Positions 54,844-59,800 of a DNA stretch of 59,800 bases are shown one piece after another. The translations under genes and the position numbers were made by a program. Each line of letters begins with the position of its first letter. Position 1 is the first letter of the stretch. The stretch spans positions 1 to 59,800 of the forward strand of contig CAZVZU010000010.1 of assembly GCA_964631685.1 (NCBI GenBank), read 5' to 3'. Under the pieces are notes generated by a model. That model was given only the letters and a program-made list of their open reading frames with translations, did no database searches and had not been told where the DNA came from. The stretch is from an uncultured Actinomycetes bacterium (GTDB lineage Bacteria; SZUA-79; Acidulodesulfobacterales; Acidulodesulfobacteraceae).

Positions 54844-55932
54844 ATGAGTATAAATTCATATATAGACATACATGATGAAAATATTAATATAACAAACTAT
54901 TGCGAGAAACCGGCATCCGTTGCTGCTAATAAAATATCACCTGATTGGGTGCTGGCAGATTACATAGGTTTGATAAAGTGCAGGGTAAGCAATTCATTTA
55001 GGATGAAGTATAGGGTTGAGCCGGCGCTTTATTCATTGGGCGAACCGGATGAAGATTCGGATATTTTTGTTAGTGCCAACTATAAATTAAGTTTTGATAT
55101 CCTTAGAAGGGCTTTAAAAGGCTTGAATGCTTGGATATTAGTGATAGATACGAAAGGAATAAACGTCTGGTGCGCCGCTGCGAAGGGAACATTTGGCGCT
55201 GAGGAGTTATTTAACCGCATAAATAAGGTCAGGCTTACAGATGTTGTGAATCATAGGAGAATAATCGTTCCCCAGCTTGGTGCGGTAGGGATTAATAGCA
55301 ATATTGTCCTTAAGCAGACAGGCTTTAAGGTCTGTTTCGGTCCCGTCTATGCAAAAGACATCAAGGGATACCTACGCGCCGGAAGAAAAAAAACTTACGA
55401 GATGATGAAGGTTCATTTTTCAATTGCGGATAGGCTTATACTTACCCCAATAGAGATAATCCCGTCAATTAAAAAATTTCTTATTTTTGCTGTTGTAATA
55501 TTGTTATTTTTTGGACTTCAGCCTTCGGGTATTTTATTTAAAAATGCGTGGGTATTTGGGTGGCCGTTTTTACTGCTTGGGATAGAGAGTATTATGGCAG
55601 GGATATTTGTGACCCCAATTTTACTGCCATTTGTCCCTTTTCGCTCTTTCGCTGTCAAGGGCTGGATAGTAGGGATTTTGTTGGTTATATTTACGATATT
55701 TTCTTTAAATATACTGGAACAAAAAAACATTTTAATTTTTATGGCCGAGATTATTTTCTTTCCAATGGCAAGTTCTTACCTGGCGTTGCAATTTACAGGT
55801 TCAACGACATTCACTAATATATCCGGGGTCAAAAAGGAGCTAAAAATAGCCTTGCCCATTTACTTAGTATCAGCTTTAATATCAATTGTGTTGCTGGTTA
55901 TATACAAGATTGGCGCGTTGGGGGTTTTGTGA
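54844..55932 (+). CDS. hgcA: Mercury methylation corrinoid protein HgcA
   Basis: V.P.LY.LG.PD..S.IFVSANYKLSFDILR, DTKGINVWCAAAKGTF cap helix, PQLGAVG, FGPV.A.D, C-terminal TM helices ending FTGSTTFTN.SGVKKE. The ORF-track start at 54835 overlaps the -10. Confidence 0.93.
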   Translation: MSINSYIDIHDENINITNYCEKPASVAANKISPDWVLADYIGLIKCRVSNSFRMKYRVEPALYSLGEPDEDSDIFVSANYKLSFDILRRALKGLNAWILVIDTKGINVWCAAAKGTFGAEELFNRINKVRLTDVVNHRRIIVPQLGAVGINSNIVLKQTGFKVCFGPVYAKDIKGYLRAGRKKTYEMMKVHFSIADRLILTPIEIIPSIKKFLIFAVVILLFFGLQPSGILFKNAWVFGWPFLLLGIESIMAGIFVTPILLPFVPFRSFAVKGWIVGILLVIFTIFSLNILEQKNILIFMAEIIFFPMASSYLALQFTGSTTFTNISGVKKELKIALPIYLVSALISIVLLVIYKIGALGVL

Positions 55933-56222
55933 AATATCTCAAAAATGTATCAAGTCTTAAATTTTTTTCGGAAAAGTGTACGAATTGTATAACTTGCATT
56001 GATGTGTGCCCTCACGGGGTATTTTTATTGAAAAATAAGAGTGTTGTGATGGGCGACAAAGATTTATGCATGGAATGCGGAGCTTGTGCTCTTAATTGTA
56101 AATTTGGAGCGATTGCCGTGAATTCTGGCGTAGGGTGCGCATATGGCATAATAAACGGAATAATATCAGGAGGACCCCCTTCATGCGATTGTAGCGATTC
56201 ATCGTCATCTGAGTGTTGTTGA
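55929..56222 (+). CDS. hgcB: Mercury methylation ferredoxin HgcB
   Basis: CTNCITCIDVCPH, CMECGACALNC, GVGCA and C-terminal CC; GTGA overlap with the hgcA stop. Confidence 0.93.
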   Translation: MKYLKNVSSLKFFSEKCTNCITCIDVCPHGVFLLKNKSVVMGDKDLCMECGACALNCKFGAIAVNSGVGCAYGIINGIISGGPPSCDCSDSSSSECC

Positions 56223-56280
56223 AACAAAAATATCAATACTGATATCTTGATCTATTATTGCAATAAGCTGAAAAAAGGTC

Positions 56281-57312
56281 GTGCTTATGAAATCTATGGT
56301 ATTAAAGAAAGCAACCGATTTGAAGATCGACAAAAATCCTCTATCCTATGTAGAGGTTGAAATTCCGAAAATAGGGGTTAATGAAGTTCTAATCAAGATC
56401 AGTGTATGCGGGATATGCCATACTGAGTTAGATGAAATAGAGGGCAGGATCGAGCCGATTAATTTTCCGATTATCTTAGGACATCAGATAATCGGTAGGG
56501 TAATCAAGATTGGTGCAGAAGTAAAAAAGCTTAAAAATGGGGATAGGGTTGGGGTCGGCTGGATTAATTCGGCATGCGGTGAGTGTGAATATTGCAGGGC
56601 TGGCTATGAAAATCTATGTCCGCAATTTATATCAACTGGTAAGGATGTGAACGGCGGTTACGCCGAATATACGACAATAAATGAGAATTATGCCGCATTA
56701 ATTCCGGAGAAATTTATCGATGAAGAGGCCGCACCCCTTCTTTGCGCCGGTGCAGTAGGACATCGGGCGCTAAAATTAACCGGTATTAATGACGGAATGA
56801 ATTTAGGATTCCTTGGATTCGGGGCATCTAATCATTTAGTTTTGAAGATAGCGAGGGCAGTTTATCCTAACTTAAAGCTCTTTGTCTCTGCCAGATCGGA
56901 AGGGGAAAGGACGCTTGCTAAAGAGCTTGGGGCGTGCTGGTGCGGCGATATAAAGGAAGTCCCCCCGGAAAAATTAAATGCGGTTATTGATACAACTCCA
57001 GTCTGGGCGCCGGTTGTGGATGCAATGAAAAACTTAAAGCCGAACGGTAGGCTTATCATGAACAATATCAGGAAAGAAGATCTTGATAAGGGTGAGCTTG
57101 CAACTATAGATTATTCAAGAGATTTGTGGATGGAAAAAGAGATAAAGTCTGTTGCAAACGTTACCTTTGACGATATCATGGAGGTTTTAAATATTGCTGA
57201 TATTTACAATATCAGACCTGTATATCGTATATACGACCTTAAGGACGCCAATAAGGCCATAATGGATATAAAAGAAAAGAGAATTAAGGGAGCAAAGGTC
57301 TTAAGAATATAG
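56281..57312 (+). CDS. Zinc-dependent alcohol dehydrogenase (MDR family)
   Basis: CGICHTE, GHQ, GDRVGVGW, CGECEYC...NLC, APLLCAG, GFGAS. Confidence 0.92.
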   Translation: MLMKSMVLKKATDLKIDKNPLSYVEVEIPKIGVNEVLIKISVCGICHTELDEIEGRIEPINFPIILGHQIIGRVIKIGAEVKKLKNGDRVGVGWINSACGECEYCRAGYENLCPQFISTGKDVNGGYAEYTTINENYAALIPEKFIDEEAAPLLCAGAVGHRALKLTGINDGMNLGFLGFGASNHLVLKIARAVYPNLKLFVSARSEGERTLAKELGACWCGDIKEVPPEKLNAVIDTTPVWAPVVDAMKNLKPNGRLIMNNIRKEDLDKGELATIDYSRDLWMEKEIKSVANVTFDDIMEVLNIADIYNIRPVYRIYDLKDANKAIMDIKEKRIKGAKVLRI

Positions 57313-57339
57313 ATGCAATACTACTATATTGCATCTATA
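57308..57339. terminator. 13-bp inverted repeat between convergent genes
   Basis: TATAGATGCAATA-CTACTA-TATTGCATCTATA. Confidence 0.6.
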
Positions 57340-57366
57340 AACAATCAATATCGTTACAAAGAAACC

Positions 57367-57729
57367 TTAAAATGTTAATGGTTGATATCCATCTGCCATT
57401 AATGACGCTATTGCTTGTCCTGCATGAACAAGTTCCATCTTTTTATCCGTCAATATTTGACTAACGCCATATCCTTCAGCCACGAAAACACATGCTTGAG
57501 GGACAATGCCATTTGCAAGTACCTGTTTGTAAGCCTCAAGAATGCCCTCATCATCGGTCTTCGCAATAAGATCTTCTCCTGGGCCGAAAAACACTAACCT
57601 TACATCTTCGAATGCCCCGCTGTTTTTTGTTCTCCATGCGATAGTGAGTCCTAATTTTACTTTTATTAGATCATCCGCGCCGGATAGAATAATTATTAAA
57701 GCCTTTGCTTTTGCCATAAATTCACCCAT
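57367..57729 (-). CDS. DsrE-family protein
   Basis: DVRLVFFGPGE, ACVFVAE.YG, GY..LTF. Start may be 57717. Confidence 0.8.
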   Translation of the reverse strand: MGEFMAKAKALIIILSGADDLIKVKLGLTIAWRTKNSGAFEDVRLVFFGPGEDLIAKTDDEGILEAYKQVLANGIVPQACVFVAEGYGVSQILTDKKMELVHAGQAIASLMADGYQPLTF

Positions 57730-57802
57730 TCTAAAATTTAATTAGCTTTTTGCACAATGAACCATGCTTATTATAGCATATTAGTTACTTGTATATGCTA
57801 AA

Positions 57803-58546
57803 TTAGAAAATGGAGTGTAATATCAAGGCAGTTGCCGCAAATGATAAAATGATCATTACCAGATAGTAAAATGTTTTTTGGTTTATAGCAAAATGGAATT
57901 TATTGCCTAAAAAAAGACCTATCAGCAAGGGTGGTATTAAAATTACGGACAGTTTTAGCGCCTTAAGGGTTAAAAGACCGAGAAAGATATAAATAAATAG
58001 CCTAAAAATGCTATCTGTGATTGCAACTATTTGAAACGTAGCCCTAAATACGCGCTTACCGCGGTGCTTCATTTGAAGATAAGCGACTATAGGAGGGCCG
58101 CCACCGCCGTACAAACTGCCAATGAATCCCCCTAAAAACCCTAACGGTACACCAACACTATTCTTTGCGTATGGTAGTTTATCCTGTTTCATTATTGATG
58201 CGTATATTACATATGCTAAAATAAAAATTCCCAAAAAAATAGTCAATTTTTGCGGGTCTGCATATTTCAATATATATGCCCCGAACAACAGTCCTAAAAC
58301 GGTTGCGGGAAGCAGGTATGAAAGGTCACCCCATTTTACTTCTTTGAAATCGTAAGCTCCAAGTATGATACTGCCTAAAAAATCAAGTACGAAAACTGCT
58401 GGAACCGTGATATTTATCGGGAGAAATATAGTTAACAGCGATACGGAAATTAATCCGGAACCAAAGCCTATGGTAGCTCTGACGAAAAATGCTATTAAAA
58501 CTATTATAATTCCCGATATTATATCAAATGTAGATATTGAGTGCAT
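57803..58546 (-). CDS. Sulfite exporter TauE/SafE family protein
   Basis: GFGSGL and GGFIGSLYGGGGPP, FRAT; about 8 TM segments. Confidence 0.88.
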   Translation of the reverse strand: MHSISTFDIISGIIIVLIAFFVRATIGFGSGLISVSLLTIFLPINITVPAVFVLDFLGSIILGAYDFKEVKWGDLSYLLPATVLGLLFGAYILKYADPQKLTIFLGIFILAYVIYASIMKQDKLPYAKNSVGVPLGFLGGFIGSLYGGGGPPIVAYLQMKHRGKRVFRATFQIVAITDSIFRLFIYIFLGLLTLKALKLSVILIPPLLIGLFLGNKFHFAINQKTFYYLVMIILSFAATALILHSIF

Positions 58547-58573
58547 AATGTATCCAACTTTATATTTGTAAGT

Positions 58574-59248
58574 TTATAATTCTTTTAGCGGACAATTATT
58601 GCATTGCGGAGTTTTTTTGCAAAACATTTTCCCCGTATTTACTATTAGAGCGTGGTATTCGTTGTATAAATCAATATTGGTACTATTCGGAGGGATATTT
58701 ACCATGAAGAACCTTTGCAGATTTTCATATTTTTCACTTAACGCATCTTTAATTATATTGTGCCGTTCGAGTATTCTTCTCGTATATGCATCTATGATAA
58801 ATACCGGTTTTTTTAACGCGTATAGAAGAATGCTGTCAGCCGTTTCTTCTCCGATACCTGAAATAGCTAAAAGTTTTTTTCTCATCACATATGTGTCTTC
58901 TTTTTTCATCAAATCTACAGATAAATTATATTCTTTTTTTGTGAAGTCGATAAAATTTTTAATTTTTAAAGCTTTTTGATTATAATATCCCGAGGGTTTA
59001 ATATGTTGTTTTAATAGATCAGGATCAATTTCATAAATAGCACCAAAAGATAAAAGGTTGTGAGTTTTTAAATTATTTATGGCCTTTTCAACATTAGTCC
59101 ATGCGGTGTTTTGTGTCAATATTGCCCCGATCATAACCTCAAAATCCGATTCCGCAGGCCACCAGTTCATCTGTCCGTACTTATCCCGCAGAATATCATA
59201 AATCTTTAACGAGATACCGTCGCTATTTTCTTTATTTTTATCCATCAT
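58574..59248 (-). CDS. Endonuclease III-related HhH-GPD DNA glycosylase
   Basis: WWP, GAILTQNTAW.NV, PSGYYNQKA, GIGEETADSILLYA, DAYTRR, HALIV, C-terminal Cys motif. Confidence 0.9.
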   Translation of the reverse strand: MMDKNKENSDGISLKIYDILRDKYGQMNWWPAESDFEVMIGAILTQNTAWTNVEKAINNLKTHNLLSFGAIYEIDPDLLKQHIKPSGYYNQKALKIKNFIDFTKKEYNLSVDLMKKEDTYVMRKKLLAISGIGEETADSILLYALKKPVFIIDAYTRRILERHNIIKDALSEKYENLQRFFMVNIPPNSTNIDLYNEYHALIVNTGKMFCKKTPQCNNCPLKEL

Positions 59249-59558
59249 CACAATTAACACCCTTAATATCCTTTATGTTTCTTACGCCGAGTACATTGCC
59301 ATAAATACGTTCAATCTTTTTAAATGCCTTTTTATTGAGAAAATAATAAACCCATCTCCCCACTTTTCTTCTGCTGATTAATCCCGCATTTTTTAACGTA
59401 GACAAGTGGTGCGATACCAGCGTCTGATCAAGTCCAATCTCTTTATATATAACGCATACGCATTTTTCTCCGTTTTTCAATGCGGAAATGATTTTGAATT
59501 TGCTCTCGTCCCCGAGTAATTTAAGGTATTTCACAAGCTGTAATTCTTCTTTATTCAT
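59238..59558 (-). CDS. ArsR/SmtB family transcriptional regulator
   Basis: LKLLGD.S, GEKCVC, QTLVSHHL..LK.AGL, GRWVYY. Confidence 0.92.
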   Translation of the reverse strand: MNKEELQLVKYLKLLGDESKFKIISALKNGEKCVCVIYKEIGLDQTLVSHHLSTLKNAGLISRRKVGRWVYYFLNKKAFKKIERIYGNVLGVRNIKDIKGVNCDDG

Positions 59559-59574
59559 ATAATTTTAGATATTT

Positions 59575-59799
59575 TTAATTCGGAACATATATCTTGTCGA
59601 TCATTTCATTATATTCTCTTTCAATGTCGCTATAAACTGTTATTCCGCCTCCACTTCGATAGAAACAATCCGACCCCTTACTTTCGATAAATCGTATCAT
59701 AACTGAACTTTTAAGATTCTTTCCATCATATATTCCAAAAACTCCGGTATAATAACCCCTATCATCTAATTCGGTCTCCTCGATAATCTCTAATGTTTT
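59575..59799 (-). CDS. pabB: Aminodeoxychorismate synthase component I, C-terminal part (5' end outside the window)
   Basis: Manual translation: KTLEIIEETELDDRGYYTGVFGIYDGKNLKSSVMIRFIE...RSGGGITVYSDIEREYNEMIDKIYVPN*. Confidence 0.82.
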   Translation of the reverse strand, partial: KTLEIIEETELDDRGYYTGVFGIYDGKNLKSSVMIRFIESKGSDCFYRSGGGITVYSDIEREYNEMIDKIYVPN

Positions 59800-59800
59800 T

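Noticed and set aside
54844..55932. Calling the gene CdhD/CdhE (corrinoid Fe-S protein of acetyl-CoA synthase)
   Set aside because: The NVWCA cap helix, C-terminal TM domain and overlapping HgcB-type ferredoxin identify HgcA; no acs/cdh genes are nearby.
56220..56280. Selenocysteine read-through of the hgcB TGA after CC
   Set aside because: Terminal CC is the normal HgcB end, and no SECIS-like hairpin is evident.

Overview
A 59.8 kb AT-rich bacterial chromosomal segment that spans the replication origin: gyrB-dnaN-dnaA on the minus strand, divergent from rpmH-rnpA-yidD-yidC-mnmE-mnmG. The gene content points to a Gram-negative anaerobe or microaerophile: 4-subunit 2-oxoacid:ferredoxin oxidoreductase, split class I fumarase, SucCD, class I Hcp, RNase J, glutamate decarboxylase and strongly basic periplasmic domains. 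It is probably an acidophilic deltaproteobacteria-like organism; Ca. Acidulodesulfobacterales is my guess, not demonstrated. Left of the origin are mostly housekeeping and signalling genes: 5'-truncated PilY1, plsC, rnj, IclR regulator, a large diguanylate cyclase, amrS, tRNA-Gln, MscS, rarA, topA and a TCA cluster. Right of the origin is an accessory region with gad, hcp, an orphan NE0113-type CARF protein, an outer-membrane barrel, a GC-richer SAM methyltransferase flanked by a duplicated fragment, an intact hgcA-hgcB mercury-methylation pair, a Zn-ADH and an ArsR-endoIII-TauE-DsrE unit. The most notable items are hgcAB (cap-helix variant, probable leaderless transcript), a predicted two-member CRP/FNR (HcpR-like) regulon with identical -41.5 geometry, a bipartite oriC with DnaA-trios and non-canonical boxes matched by an altered DnaA domain IV, the orphan CARF-wHTH protein and a G8-frameshifted DUF488 gene. 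No CRISPR array, integrase or transposase was seen.
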